A stretch of DNA of 64,000 bases from Rubripirellula sp. (GCA_965216875.1 OZ244207.1:3168001-3232000); one strand, 5' to 3'; positions 37,901 through 47,078 are shown, numbered from the stretch's first letter. Program-made: numbers and translations. Notes: generated from the sequence alone by a model not told the origin.

Positions 37901-40720
37901 AATTCCAAAGTTAGACGAATCCCGAACGATTGTCTGTTCGACAATGAATTGCCCTTGCTCGCGACGTCGATTGACATCTCCATCGTCTGGTCCATCGGCG
38001 GTGTCGCCCCCATAAACAACCTCATTCAATATGCCAGGCATTCCGAAGTTGAAGCCGCCCATTCGATCGGTCGACACAGGGCCAAAGAAGATCAAACGAT
38101 TCGAATCAATCGCCTCGGGGCCAGTCGGACTCGAGCTCGAAATCGTTTCTCCACTTACCGTTGCCGCTGTCACACCAAGGGTGTTTGACACGGACGGGAA
38201 GTTGAAAGCCGCAAGAACGGACTCGGCAAGCTTGACATCGGTCATGCGCCCAGAGAACGGAATTGGCACATTGCCCGGCGCCACGCTGTTCCCGACTCCG
38301 TCGATGTCATTGAACTCGAAAGTGATCTGATCGATACCGTTTGAAAGCGTGAAGGTATCGCCATCGCTAATAAACGCAGCGTTGCCAACTTCAACGCCGA
38401 ACCCTTGTGCCAGGCGATCATTCGAATCGAGGCTCGGACGAAACGGATCAAACAACTGCTCAGGGAATGTTTCATCATCACTGAGTCCGTAGTCACGAGA
38501 AACCCTGACTTCGATTTGGTACTCACCAAACTCGCGCTCAGTCACTTCACCGAGGGGCGAGGTGTACCCAAAACGATTGTGCGTTTGCAAATTACGGTTG
38601 GTCGTTCCTGCGTTGAGGACAAGCTCACCGCGTTCGGCCAAGCCGATGATCACATCGTCGATGTAGATCCCTTCGGCTTGAGTCGAGTATTGAAAACGGA
38701 ATCGATTCGAACGCAATTCGGCTTCCGAATTATTCCACCCATTCCCATAAATACCAAACCCTTCACCACGCGTTGAAATGCCGGTGTCTTGTCCGCCAAA
38801 GACAGTGAACGGTCCAGTGTCGCCAAACTCGAAATCGTAAAGCGCGATACTACTCTCACCCGCGCTCGGATAGACGCTGATATTGGTTTCTTGCCCGGCG
38901 ATGTTGAATTCATTGGCCATTGCCAGCCGAATCGCATCGCGAACTTGTGTCACCGTGTCATTGATATCGACTTCGATCTTTGTCGTTGCCGAAACGATGC
39001 GGTTACCAATGACCATGTTGGCTGGGATTCCCGAAGTCGACGTGATGGTGGCAGCAGGAACATTCACCAGTGCCGCGCGACCAGCGTCCGATTCGACAAC
39101 GAACCCGGCAGCTTGGAATGCAAATCGCATCGCAGCTGCGACTTGAGCCGAATTCATACCATCAGCGATCAAGATGGTGTTCGGTCCTGCAGGCGTGCGG
39201 CTAAACGTAAAGGTTGTCGTCCCAAAGCCGGCATTGAGGGCAATCGTCGCACCATCGTTGATCGTCACGCCGGATGAAGCGGCAAGCAACGCACCGAATT
39301 CAACCTCGAGCGCCCCTGCCTGCCCCGTAGTGATCGTTTGCAAGGTGACCAAATCACCGTCGGTCAAACGATCAGGCGAGGTGGCAAAAAGATGTGCCTG
39401 GTAGGGGAGCGTTTCGCCAGCCGAATCATATTCGACACGAATCTGAACGTTCGATTGACCTGCCCATGGTGAAAGCGAAATACGTGCTTGTCGCCAATCA
39501 CCTGTATCGCTGAGGTGTTCAACAAATTGGTATCGATTTGCCTCGTCGACGAAGTCCGCCCCAAGTCCCCCCAACAAGATGTCATATTCATCATTGAAGT
39601 CGTCGACCGAGTTGCTGTCGGCTCCGACGTCATTGTTGGTCGCAATGAGCGTCCATTCACCGTCATCACCGGCCACGTAAACGCGTAAGGAGTCGGTGAC
39701 GCCGCCGTTGGTTCCGGGGTTGATTGCACCACCGGTGTTGTTCAACGTCGAAAGGTAGTTGAAGTAAAGCATCGGCCGATCGCCACGTTCATAATCAGAC
39801 AGATCGATGATCTGACTGTCCAATGCTCCCTTTGCACCTGCGTTGAGCCCAAAATCGCCATCGTTGTCGGGTCGTTGCGACGCAGTTTGATAACCTCCAT
39901 CGTTTTGGTTGTGGTCACCCGATGCGGCTTCAAAGCCGAAGTACAGGCTGTCACCACCGTTCTCACCGGTCAACCGGAAACCATCAAACGATGGATCGAT
40001 CCCATGACCTGGGTCGTTCTCGCGCCGGTCGGTCACGTGCCAAAGGTTGGTGTCCAGGTTGGCCAGGGCAAGACCATTGACCGCACCCGCTCCCGAGGCA
40101 CCGATGTTCAAATCAATGGTCGAGCGACCACCGATAAAGATATGCTGGGGGTTACCGTCGACGTCAAAAGCGTGCAAGCGGTTGGCCTGATCGGTACCGA
40201 AGAGAATCTGGTCGTACGGCACGCCCTCGGGGGAAGCCCCACTGAGGTTCAACAAACCACTGGTCAGGTCAGTGAATTGAATCGCCACGCCGTTGTCGTC
40301 CAACACTTGGTGCCCCGATGTGGGATGCACCAACGACTCGGTTGAGCTAAGCATCAAGGTTGGGTGGGTTGCAAACGTCACCGTCCCGCCGCCAACACCA
40401 ACCGCCGTTGCACGTGCCGGTAGGTTGCCGTTACTTGCTGGAGCACCAACGCGGAAAAGACCACCGCTGGCATCGACCGCATACAAAACCGAATCAATCT
40501 GAGCCATGCCCGTGACGCGCGAAGTCGAAGGCACAAACGCGTGCGGCGTGAACTGAGTCCCGTCGGCCGGTTCAGAAGCATTGTTGCTACCTGGCCCATT
40601 GACGTTCGCGCGGATTGGTTCGTTGCCGCCTTGAGCCGCGCCTGCACCGTTGGGTTGCAGAACACCGCCAGTGCCGATGTCGAGCTGGTAGACATAGTTG
40701 TAGGCGACCAAGTTCGGCAC
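28970..40720 (-). CDS. Giant surface protein A, C-terminal part (beta-helix, GEVED, tandem-95/cadherin-like Ig repeats, dockerin-like domain)
   Basis: DFGDAP...GEVEDY, repeated VNDAP/NDPP...ED...FTYTV units, and C-terminal DVNDDGFVTALDALLIIN...YDVNGSLSITALDA. Continues the upstream ORF across a -1 frameshift near 40746. Confidence 0.85.
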   Translation of the reverse strand: MPNLVAYNYVYQLDIGTGGVLQPNGAGAAQGGNEPIRANVNGPGSNNASEPADGTQFTPHAFVPSTSRVTGMAQIDSVLYAVDASGGLFRVGAPASNGNLPARATAVGVGGGTVTFATHPTLMLSSTESLVHPTSGHQVLDDNGVAIQFTDLTSGLLNLSGASPEGVPYDQILFGTDQANRLHAFDVDGNPQHIFIGGRSTIDLNIGASGAGAVNGLALANLDTNLWHVTDRRENDPGHGIDPSFDGFRLTGENGGDSLYFGFEAASGDHNQNDGGYQTASQRPDNDGDFGLNAGAKGALDSQIIDLSDYERGDRPMLYFNYLSTLNNTGGAINPGTNGGVTDSLRVYVAGDDGEWTLIATNNDVGADSNSVDDFNDEYDILLGGLGADFVDEANRYQFVEHLSDTGDWRQARISLSPWAGQSNVQIRVEYDSAGETLPYQAHLFATSPDRLTDGDLVTLQTITTGQAGALEVEFGALLAASSGVTINDGATIALNAGFGTTTFTFSRTPAGPNTILIADGMNSAQVAAAMRFAFQAAGFVVESDAGRAALVNVPAATITSTSGIPANMVIGNRIVSATTKIEVDINDTVTQVRDAIRLAMANEFNIAGQETNISVYPSAGESSIALYDFEFGDTGPFTVFGGQDTGISTRGEGFGIYGNGWNNSEAELRSNRFRFQYSTQAEGIYIDDVIIGLAERGELVLNAGTTNRNLQTHNRFGYTSPLGEVTEREFGEYQIEVRVSRDYGLSDDETFPEQLFDPFRPSLDSNDRLAQGFGVEVGNAAFISDGDTFTLSNGIDQITFEFNDIDGVGNSVAPGNVPIPFSGRMTDVKLAESVLAAFNFPSVSNTLGVTAATVSGETISSSSPTGPEAIDSNRLIFFGPVSTDRMGGFNFGMPGILNEVVYGGDTADGPDDGDVNRRREQGQFIVEQTIVRDSSNFGIVIDAGRSDRSDRSPRASTELARSGAVINLPTPNEDDLVPGAVLRGNVLAGNGAGGISISGQAGAVPVASVPFVRVVNNTIFGGQTGIDVQDSANPTLLNNIVSETNTGINVDVSSRSGTVIGATFFHDNVNDVGTGVPIGTFVEIGDGSPAFVDPSEFNFYLEDGIAAIDSSVTFLGERTDFGTVKVAAGIGLSPIITAPTDLFGAEHDQNVNTTPGQVVNVFVDRGAIDRSDIVGPQATILNPLDNDIDGLDLDPEITFIQLQRGTLDSFEILVSENIGTGPDAQTVTADQVSITESGRLLEEGIDYVFGYNASSRTIRLTPLSGIWRPDAVYLVSLNNRDRLAIETAPGPDIRDGDQIRLVDENGTESVFEFEAGNAIRVPTSLSLRITDADNRFVDGETFTITAPDGTTRTFEINLSGSVSSGRIPVDLRNAGTIVGVRDAIFDAIDSASITSALDLAPRRVGDDVIQIGSLAGHSVTDNAVGLEVFGTAAGIEDGQQFSYDDGLNTTIFEFDSNSAVGLGTAIPFERTSTPGEIANAIAEAARANLGLPTARNVDDVVLIGGAATDVIDLLDSTLTIEGSVSVEASLSITVPDGATPASLEANRFEVTVGNVTESFTFSTDPTLPVSGRLVVLDANSDTADIAARIATEVGIAFAGDLNPVSDGSTVLLGEQPAIIPPGTQQVRSSISPVTSGLVVDGISGGAIPVTFLPSPTFTAAASAAGLIAAINLSPLELSPISGGGGTVLLDGAFEAQSIRNDVAQDIGVPIEAIKDLAGNPLQSNRANGETRFTIVMPDVELDFGDAPDQYSTLTASNGPRHAISSDALPRLGRFIDSEANGQPVGNDDIPAVFTVEGNEGVAGDGPFTIVTDPSGSIVTLNVLPNAGDNLAIEFADGSRTVFEFVVAGSNASLGRIPVPFDLSVDTIEDIASRLSDAVSQGVTENNGPVLAEYQDGTSSFSLIPRDDEDGVPVGRFVGTAITEGLFLDDSIHGSTVDPGQVVAFLNRNDPAGAVIPITVTGAGLLDAWIDFNGDGDFLDLDEHVFAGVPVSDGLNPLRVTTPATATVGSTWARFRISSEGSGTFAGIANNGEVEDYAVTIFDIVQPVPDDDTYTVAEDNVLTVDGGVHPSLFANDVLPTEEFVESQYTIAGELIPHPTDVIYRTEHGQVRVDDAALGHFTYTPDPDYYGPDSFRYSVSTQRNSGSEVDQFLQFADVNITVTPVNDAPGVSDAFLRTIEDIQEENVIDNGFRIDASVLLADATSHGNPMIGPPQDESDQEIFLQSITTVVGGVTRTLDVGNPASIPTVRGGVLSATFDTDGNIASVLYQPSQDFNSENLPPTLGQFLDDEFIFTVVDDGISVPIPPALPTPPDPQTASATAFIRVTPQNDPPALDTDDVSVTDPNGAYTQFHVIRGIPVVTPMEDESLTIRAAFLLENDEEGPVLAADERSRFNGNDGALRIIAASVLDPSHGTISVNPITGDLTFVPADDIYGEVFFSYTAIDSGIDQAAELDVLGNPAPKLPAPLTSTVISRIFLEPINDLPVAVDRAFNVVEAVEQPAGSVVPAQIRLLQDDLLLGTPADLLNPTLDASASDVTLAAPYDESIQTPDLRITSITAEGITRTTTGTLILASGGELAVTFDSNGFFTEAVYTPPVDYNSTAPFFVPEDTFTYTVTDNGVHEFPVGNVLTPDTLPATSVPATVSLTVTPANDLPVFDVQVESDVLERDDFQSSRIDNFITNVSGGPGTALDEDALQNVFFSISELSVPAGLMVRRPIITGTSIEVFPAPDQFGQATYVITGTDNGVPAQSVSQTVTINVRPVNDVPRIELPAVLSDASDTDPDLAYSVAPTGEITYTLREDNTQFGGDTSQRFFIPLNGGPQTGSYEQVGLLDVFTVGPANEAAAVPGGSQVLELLSFGNASVGNNTEFSTDLGGRLRAVFSGQTVIGLEYRPPVDFNSDFGGVDSFTYEVRDDSTTGGETWSLAADALIPDRLTATNRVSLRLNPVNDAPIFQVSTTFLEVPEDNSVSVVPNYAFNINAGPPISAFDEVHVSTGQSVNFVVNPLSFPAGQLSDFFEVAPSINRDTGELVFQAAPDVFGEFDFELILQDNGLGDHAGANQRGDINGSIPVTLTIDVQPTNDPPVVDPTAAPLHFTLLEDGSVDILVTGDNTSPGLLDVFLVGPDNEAADIAPEIGGNQSVSLGQPIPATSADGGTIEVERDQGTGQITRLIYFPREDFVGMDSFIYTVTDDGQSVRVGTGGVAEDDPRIASHTVTFDVLPVNDAPQFSGAGNVTSAEDDGEVSIENWATNVQAGPVTAVDEINGLGNVPPQGLQFEFEQISSNTDLFVTPPRAVINGNSATLVYETAPDANGVATFRVVLIDTGPDANQIGDENESMEATFVINVDAVNDAPEFTAGENVFISEDNGPYAEIWATDISPGPDDESSQTVGFVVTTPAEFQHIFRDLPLITPEGLLRFTPEQNQNTDNPTGPAEIAVTAIDSEGGQTDPVTLTISISEINDPPVPVSDSFDTDEDSVLTITSAELLANDIDPDLVTNPFENLTVLIDNNELFSVNGARVTLDPATGDITYDPTNAVEIQAQGPGDTAADSFSYKVRDAAGVVSGLVTVGLNVSGINDAPIVANDEVGLVPDDVTVIRPLDNDVDVDGMILPGSIDITLQPAFGAIDIQPDGTLIYRPFVSFSEVDQFRYTVRDDLQAVSQQALVTISANSSPIAADDARGTFLEEPVDIDVAANDIDPDGALDLDSIQIVNPPQRGEAIPQAGGIVQYVPEPGFVGRDSFTYRIFDQEGRPSNIATVDTQVVASRLQNPDLNHDVNDDGFVTALDALLIINHLGRNDAIEIPVMPEDRGPNFYDVNGSLSITALDANNVINEIARRNALDTFAPEQVAPQATGTDLASSTVDPGSSLAEADALKVIDASEVESVAAEVVDLIANGRESGGSDTGSSDAIDAAMADLL

Positions 40721-43700
40721 AGCCGGCCCAATGTCGAGCGATCCGTTGCATCGAAATCGGCGATCACCGCTCCGGTCCAGGTATCGGTCGCCGAGCGACC
40801 AGCGACACCATAAAGCCGCGTGTTGTTGGCAGCCGTTGAGAACGACAACGCCTCGAACTGCATCCCGAACCCATTGCCATTGTTCAAACGCGTGGTGATC
40901 GGGTTTCCTTGGTTGTCAACGCCACGGTCAAACGTCTGAAGCCCTGTTCCAGCCAGAACGTTTGCCGAGTCTGATCCGGTTGTGAATGTAACAAGGGCAT
41001 CAGAGTTGGCGTCATTGGTTCCGGTTTGAACTCCATAGAGCACACCCGTTTGTGGATGCACCGTCAGCGCGCCAACCCGGGTGAAATCACCGCTTTGGAA
41101 TATCGCGTCGGCACCACCGCGGAATGGATTGCTCGCAACAAGACGTGAATTGTCGGCGCCCTGGTTACCAACCAAGAATAGCGGGATGTCACCAAGTGAA
41201 AACTCAACGGCAGCATCGGCTGCGGTACCAAAGACAGGCGGCGTTGCGAAGCCAACGGATTCGTCCGAAATGACCGGAGTGTCTGTCGGATCAAAGTCGA
41301 AGTCGAACCGGTCGGTTCCAATTCGGGCAGAGGCCTCGATGGGTTCGACACGCACAAAGGTGTCACCGTCGGCGCCAAAGAACTCAGCCAAGTCTTGCGA
41401 AACTTGTCGCGAACTACTCACCACGAGTGAATAGAAACCTGCTGGCAGCTCTTTGCTGCCGAGGAAGGCATCCAAAGTCCCGAACGATCCTCGATCGAGA
41501 TCGGTTGTGTTTGTCGGATCGTTTGGATCGACTTGGTCATCGGCAATGTTCGACTCAGCACCAAAGGCAACCAATCGATACGCATCAGCATTATCCGTAT
41601 CAGAATAATAGAGATAGAAGTTCAGGTTGGGGCGAGCAAGTCCATCGCTGAAGTCTGCGTCGATGGTGATTCCGTAGTGCTCCAACGGGAAGTCACCAAT
41701 CACCTGGACGCCATCTCGAATGACTTGGAAGTTGTAGCGAGTCTCGTCAAGAGATTCCGTAATCTGCCCAGCTGCTGACACAGCTGCGCGATCCGAGTTG
41801 CCGAGATTTCCTAAGTCGATATCCGTTCCTGTTCCGAGTGCGCCCTCGCCCTCGAGAAGTGAGTGTGCGGGCAACCCGAACGTTTGAATCCCGGTTTGAG
41901 CGTATCGAATGTCGGCGTAGCGAACAGTCGATCCGCTAATTTCGTCGGTCTCGCGGAGTCGCAGATGCAATTCGTAGCCACCTTGACTCTGACCATCACG
42001 GACGGCTGACATATCCGTGATGTCATCGTTGCTACTTCGGACCCGCACGTAGTACGTACTGATTTGGGTTGGTGGACCTTGCAAGACAACGCGCATCCCT
42101 GCATCGTTGGGATTGATTGAGTAAAGGTCGCGGTAACTACCATCTGCATTGCGTGCGGCAAGGGGACTACGTTGCATTGGCATCGCGTGCCCGGCTGGCA
42201 ACGTCGAAGCGGGCAGGGTGCCTGCATCGTTTTCAGCCAGTGAATCGTCACTTGCCGCAAGCACGTTGCCGGCGGCGTCGATCAATTCGACAACGCTGTC
42301 CAAGGCAAGATCAGTACGATCAATATCGATCCACACCAGAGTACCCCCGGTTGCGTCGAATCGATAAACGTCCAAATCGCTAGGCGCAGAAATCGTTCCC
42401 TGAACTTCAAACCCGAGTCGCGAATTCTCGTCGCCAGCTTTCTCGCTCGCCGCAAGCGTACCAAGCAGTTGCGCCGTTGCTGGAATCGAATTCGAATCTC
42501 CAAAACCGCCGATTTCGCCTTCGGCTTCGATAGCAACGCCAACATTTCGGTCGTGGCTAAACTCGTCAAACACAAGCCCTGTCCAACTTCCCGAATTCCC
42601 GGTTGTCGGGCCATCGTTCGCCGTGTCGACCGCAGGCAAACCATCAGGGCCGAAACCTGCGCCGACGCTATCGTCGCCCAATCCGGTCAAGATCACCGGG
42701 AAGCCGGGCGTGCCAACGACTTGAATCCGGCCTCCAATTCGATCGTCGATATCGAGTGGCAAGCCAGTCGCTTCGATCGATGCATTCGAGCCGAACTTGA
42801 CTACCAAACTCTCGCTTTCGCTACTTTCCAGGCGCAACCCGCCCTTGTGCGAAAAGTCGGGAACCAAGATCGTCGCGTTGTTTTCGACAACATGGACGAT
42901 GCTGGTGTCATCAAAGATGCTTTGTGTGGTCAACGTCTGCGGGCGCACCACCATTCCGTTGATGGCGTTACCTGAAAGTTCGTTGCCTTCCACAATCGGT
43001 CCGGAGTTACCCGGTGCCGACTCAATGATCTCACTCGTTCCAGTTTGCCGTCCGAAATCTTGACGCTGAACATCATTCAGTGCGTTCGCATTGATGCTGA
43101 TCACGGCGGCGTTGTTATTGACAAACGTATTGTCAACGATGAAGGGTTGTGCCCCCGCTACGTAAATCACCGCAGGAGCATTTGTCCCCAGGTCTTGGCG
43201 GGTGTCGTTACCGTTGCCGGTCGCCCCTGCGTCATTGTTTTCAAATAACGTGTTTGTAATGCGAGCTTCAGCTTGATGTAGCTCAATCGCATTCGTCGAC
43301 ACAAACTCACCGGTCGTGGTTGAGTTTCCGCCACCATATGCAAACACGGCATTGTCAAGCGAAACACGCGCGAATGCGCTTCCGAAGATACCGCCCCAAT
43401 CGCCGGCTGCGCCGCTACTTGGGCCGTTGTTATTCGTATCGTAGGTTCCCCCCGTTCCATACCGATCATCGCTAGACGATGTAAAGATTACGGGTTTGCC
43501 AGGACGACCCTCGGCGATCATCGTAGCGCCCATTTCAAGTTGGAATCTTGAATCAGCACTCTTAATGATGACACCAGGATCAACAATCAGTGATCCTTCG
43601 GTTCGAGCACGTTCGCGAGCCAAACCGATCGCGTCTCGGAAAGGTAATGGTACTCCTGTGCTGCTGCCGTTGTCCGTAAAGGTCGGAGTCGTGCTGTCGA

Positions 43701-46700
43701 GTTCAGCGACAAACTCGAGTGCGCCGCCATTGGTACTTCGGTAAAGGCGTCGAGCAACAAAATCGCGTTCAACGCTAGGCAATCCAACCAAAGCGAAAGC
43801 ATTACCTCCAGCCCCGATCGTGAAGGTCGCGCTGATGTCACTCGGCAAACTCTCGCCGCGTTGTGAATCAACGAAGGTCACTGCATAAGCAACTGTGTCG
43901 CCCGGGCTTAGTGTGCCATCAGCGACACTCGCAGTTGCCCCATTGATTAGCAAACTCTGCGGTGCCAGTGCGCTCTGTTCGAGGAATGCGCCACCTGGAG
44001 TTCCCGAAACAACCAAAGACTCGACAAACGAGTGAACAATATCGGTATCGTCAAAACGCCCGGCAACTTCAAGTTCGTTGAGCTGCCCAAGTGCATTGGA
44101 ATCGATCCGAACCTGCAGCGCATTGATTGAGTTGTTCGTTAACCGGTTGCCAAGAAACTCGGGACCGACACGGTCATAGTCGGGAATAAAGGTGTCAATG
44201 AACTGGTAGCGAGCCTCGTTGAAGGTTGTTTCTTCGAACGAGTTTGGATCGGCCGAAATCGCAGCACCCAGCGAGTTTTGAATCTCATTGTGCGTAAGCT
44301 CGGGACGCGCTTCGGATAGCTGAATCGGATCAATCGACCGATTGCCTGCAGTTGTTGGAACGACGCCCCCACCGAAATGGATTTCGCTATTGCTGATGTA
44401 ATTTAAAAAGATGCCTTCTCGTTCGAGATCGGGACGGCCAAGCCCTCGATCCACGTCGTTTCGAATTTCGATACCACCCCAATCACCGGCGCCTGGAACC
44501 GTGTCGATCGGATTGACTTGGGCACCGCGAACGGGGTCACTGTAGCTTGTGAATACCACCGGGCTGTCTGGCGTACCGAGCGACTGGATCACGCCTCCCG
44601 CGCGACTAGTACTGACTCCGTCACTACCGACCAGAATCGCCGAGTCGTTGAATTTGAGGATTGCGCCCTCATCAATCGATAGCGTCACACCAGCGGGGAC
44701 CTCCAACCGCACGCCGTCAACAAGCGTCGTGTTAGTCGCTGCTACCCGACCAATCTGATACGCATCGTTATCGGCAAGCGTGTTCACGTCACCATCAACA
44801 CCACCGTTGCCAACGACCCGAATCATATCAATCGCGCCACCACTTGCTGCGACTGCAGCAAGTGCATCATCAATCTCGCGGAACGGTGCATCGATCGCAC
44901 CCGTGGGAGTCACGGCATCAGAAAGCTTGTCAACGTAAACGGTGTTGGCTGCGGTATTGGCGTTGAACCAGAAGTTATAGACGCCGCCCGCCACACCATC
45001 ACCATCACCATCAATCGGCGTGTCGTTTTCATCGACGAGCGCTGACCCTCCATCAGCCTTGAAGTCGACTCGCAATTCGTAGTCACCTTGACTGCGACCG
45101 CCACTGCCACTTGCGTCGACGGTCGGGTCGTAGTTGATTTCGGCCGATGCGGAAACACCGATGAAGTAGACGCCTTCATCCACACGCACGCGAATCAAAG
45201 AGTCTTGACTGAAATAGTCATCATTGGCAGCAACCTGAACAAGACCATCTGGACCTTGTTTGAACAGCGTGATCCGGCTGTCGAGGTTACTCGAGTCACG
45301 CAAGCGTTCGGCGATGGTTTCAACAGTCACCTCACCAGCTTGCCCCGACTGCACCTCGAAGCGATACAGGTCAACATCCATGTTATCGGGACGATGGATG
45401 TGCTGCCCATGAATGATGTCTTGGTCGCCTGGGAAGACGAATTGGTTGTATCCGGTTTGTGGAATCACGGACGTCAGGTCATTGGGATCACCAAAATTGC
45501 GACCCGCTGGTACACTGCCCTGGATCGTTCCATCCGGTAGGTTGTAGGTGTGGCCAAGACCAATGGCATGCCCAACTTCGTGCAACATCACGTCAAAGAA
45601 ACTGCCGCCGAACCGGTCATTCCAGTTCTCGGCTGCGTCCATAATCACGCCGCCACCGCCACCGACGCCTGCGACGCCACCAGGCCCACTTTCAAAACCG
45701 GATGGGAACAAGTCACCAACCACGATGGCCAGCCCGCTCGATTCAGTTTCGACAAAATCGATTCCCAAGAGCGAACCGTAAAACTCAAACACTTCGCGCG
45801 TGCGTTGCATCTGAGTGGGGTTGATTGAGGTAAACAGGGGATTGCCGAAGGCATCGTTCCCGTAAGATATTCCCAATGAAAAGTTGTATTGCGTGGTCGT
45901 GATGTTCGGGCTGGCATCGACACCCACATTCACGTGCCGATTCCCCCCATTGTCGATGTCACGTTCACCCGGCTCGTCGTGAGCTCCGAGGTAATCGGGG
46001 CGCAGCTGGTCGCCAGCCGTGACTCGGATCGATTCTTGGATCAGCAGATGGGTATCCGCGTTGAAGACGCCGAGATCTTCTGCAGATCCAGCCGCAATGG
46101 TTGACCCTGGATCGGTTGATGGGCCAACAACCACTGGCGCTTGAGTGTTGATCGCCGACGCGATTGCGGCATCGGTACCCACACGCAATCGGATGGAGGC
46201 AGCGGCAAGTCCAGTGATGTCACCGGCAGCGAAGTCAAGGCGAACCCGGACCACGTCACCTTCTGCAAACGCACTTACCGCAACCGGCGCAACAACGACA
46301 TCATCATTATTGCTGACCGTATCCTGAGTACCAATCAATTGGTAGAAACGCGGGTCTGTTAGCGTGGCGGAGCCGAGCACGTCAAGGTTATCAAAGTAGA
46401 CGTCGATCGAGTCTTCGGCTTGCTGGAGGTCGCCAGCAACACGATCCATTGGCTGAGGGACCACACCGATGACCTGGGCACCAAGTTCAAGGTCAAAGAG
46501 AATTGTCTCGGTGGTCGTGCCATCACTTGCAACAAAGGGAGCGCCAGCAAGGTTCCGAAGCGCGACGATTCCCTGGTTCGTATCGTCCGCACCATGGACG
46601 TCGATCCGGTACAAGTCGTCTTCGAGTGGCTCGGCAAATCGCATCAAGACGGTTTGTTGCGAGTCGCCAAATCCGACAAACCCAGGGGTGATCAACTCTT

Positions 46701-46980
46701 CGTTACCGTCAACAAAGGACCGGTCACCACCGGCTCTTGTGATTCGAATCCCGCCTAACGTGGCGGGGTCGATGTCGGCTCCGCCATCAAAGCGAAACGT
46801 CAGCTGACTGGGCGATTCGGTCAGCTCGTTGATCTCGGCTTCTTGAAAGATCTCTTGCGCATTTGGGTTAACGCCAATCAAATCAAATGCGAGCAGCTCA
46901 CGCTTTTCAAGCGTTTCACTATGCAGCCGGCGAGATTGATCTTTTGAGAGGAGACGCCGATTTTTTCTGCGTTTGGCCAT
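40378..46980 (-). CDS. Giant surface protein A, N-terminal part (planctomycete export motif, metzincin-like domain, PPC-like and beta-helix domains)
   Basis: MAKRRKNRR...RRLHSETLEKRELLA, HEVGHAIGLGH, DVDLYRF...ANDD units and YVDK...GAIDAPF. Sequence after ...DFDA (about 40748) looks out of frame. Confidence 0.85.
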   Translation of the reverse strand: MAKRRKNRRLLSKDQSRRLHSETLEKRELLAFDLIGVNPNAQEIFQEAEINELTESPSQLTFRFDGGADIDPATLGGIRITRAGGDRSFVDGNEELITPGFVGFGDSQQTVLMRFAEPLEDDLYRIDVHGADDTNQGIVALRNLAGAPFVASDGTTTETILFDLELGAQVIGVVPQPMDRVAGDLQQAEDSIDVYFDNLDVLGSATLTDPRFYQLIGTQDTVSNNDDVVVAPVAVSAFAEGDVVRVRLDFAAGDITGLAAASIRLRVGTDAAIASAINTQAPVVVGPSTDPGSTIAAGSAEDLGVFNADTHLLIQESIRVTAGDQLRPDYLGAHDEPGERDIDNGGNRHVNVGVDASPNITTTQYNFSLGISYGNDAFGNPLFTSINPTQMQRTREVFEFYGSLLGIDFVETESSGLAIVVGDLFPSGFESGPGGVAGVGGGGGVIMDAAENWNDRFGGSFFDVMLHEVGHAIGLGHTYNLPDGTIQGSVPAGRNFGDPNDLTSVIPQTGYNQFVFPGDQDIIHGQHIHRPDNMDVDLYRFEVQSGQAGEVTVETIAERLRDSSNLDSRITLFKQGPDGLVQVAANDDYFSQDSLIRVRVDEGVYFIGVSASAEINYDPTVDASGSGGRSQGDYELRVDFKADGGSALVDENDTPIDGDGDGVAGGVYNFWFNANTAANTVYVDKLSDAVTPTGAIDAPFREIDDALAAVAASGGAIDMIRVVGNGGVDGDVNTLADNDAYQIGRVAATNTTLVDGVRLEVPAGVTLSIDEGAILKFNDSAILVGSDGVSTSRAGGVIQSLGTPDSPVVFTSYSDPVRGAQVNPIDTVPGAGDWGGIEIRNDVDRGLGRPDLEREGIFLNYISNSEIHFGGGVVPTTAGNRSIDPIQLSEARPELTHNEIQNSLGAAISADPNSFEETTFNEARYQFIDTFIPDYDRVGPEFLGNRLTNNSINALQVRIDSNALGQLNELEVAGRFDDTDIVHSFVESLVVSGTPGGAFLEQSALAPQSLLINGATASVADGTLSPGDTVAYAVTFVDSQRGESLPSDISATFTIGAGGNAFALVGLPSVERDFVARRLYRSTNGGALEFVAELDSTTPTFTDNGSSTGVPLPFRDAIGLARERARTEGSLIVDPGVIIKSADSRFQLEMGATMIAEGRPGKPVIFTSSSDDRYGTGGTYDTNNNGPSSGAAGDWGGIFGSAFARVSLDNAVFAYGGGNSTTTGEFVSTNAIELHQAEARITNTLFENNDAGATGNGNDTRQDLGTNAPAVIYVAGAQPFIVDNTFVNNNAAVISINANALNDVQRQDFGRQTGTSEIIESAPGNSGPIVEGNELSGNAINGMVVRPQTLTTQSIFDDTSIVHVVENNATILVPDFSHKGGLRLESSESESLVVKFGSNASIEATGLPLDIDDRIGGRIQVVGTPGFPVILTGLGDDSVGAGFGPDGLPAVDTANDGPTTGNSGSWTGLVFDEFSHDRNVGVAIEAEGEIGGFGDSNSIPATAQLLGTLAASEKAGDENSRLGFEVQGTISAPSDLDVYRFDATGGTLVWIDIDRTDLALDSVVELIDAAGNVLAASDDSLAENDAGTLPASTLPAGHAMPMQRSPLAARNADGSYRDLYSINPNDAGMRVVLQGPPTQISTYYVRVRSSNDDITDMSAVRDGQSQGGYELHLRLRETDEISGSTVRYADIRYAQTGIQTFGLPAHSLLEGEGALGTGTDIDLGNLGNSDRAAVSAAGQITESLDETRYNFQVIRDGVQVIGDFPLEHYGITIDADFSDGLARPNLNFYLYYSDTDNADAYRLVAFGAESNIADDQVDPNDPTNTTDLDRGSFGTLDAFLGSKELPAGFYSLVVSSSRQVSQDLAEFFGADGDTFVRVEPIEASARIGTDRFDFDFDPTDTPVISDESVGFATPPVFGTAADAAVEFSLGDIPLFLVGNQGADNSRLVASNPFRGGADAIFQSGDFTRVGALTVHPQTGVLYGVQTGTNDANSDALVTFTTGSDSANVLAGTGLQTFDRGVDNQGNPITTRLNNGNGFGMQFEALSFSTAANNTRLYGVAGRSATDTWTGAVIADFDATDRSTLGRLCRTWSPTTMSTSSTSALAVFCNPTVQARLKAATNQSARTSMGQVATMLLNRPTGLSSRRTRLCLRLRASRAWLRLIRFCMRSMPAVVFSALVLQQVTATYRHVQRRLVLAAGR

Positions 46981-47078
46981 GGGGGACCCAAAAGGGAGGC
47001 TAAAAGGACTTTGATGGATAAACGTTAACTTAGCCAAAACAGCTCCAACCAAAATCTTGGTCGGGTCTGCCTTGGCCA

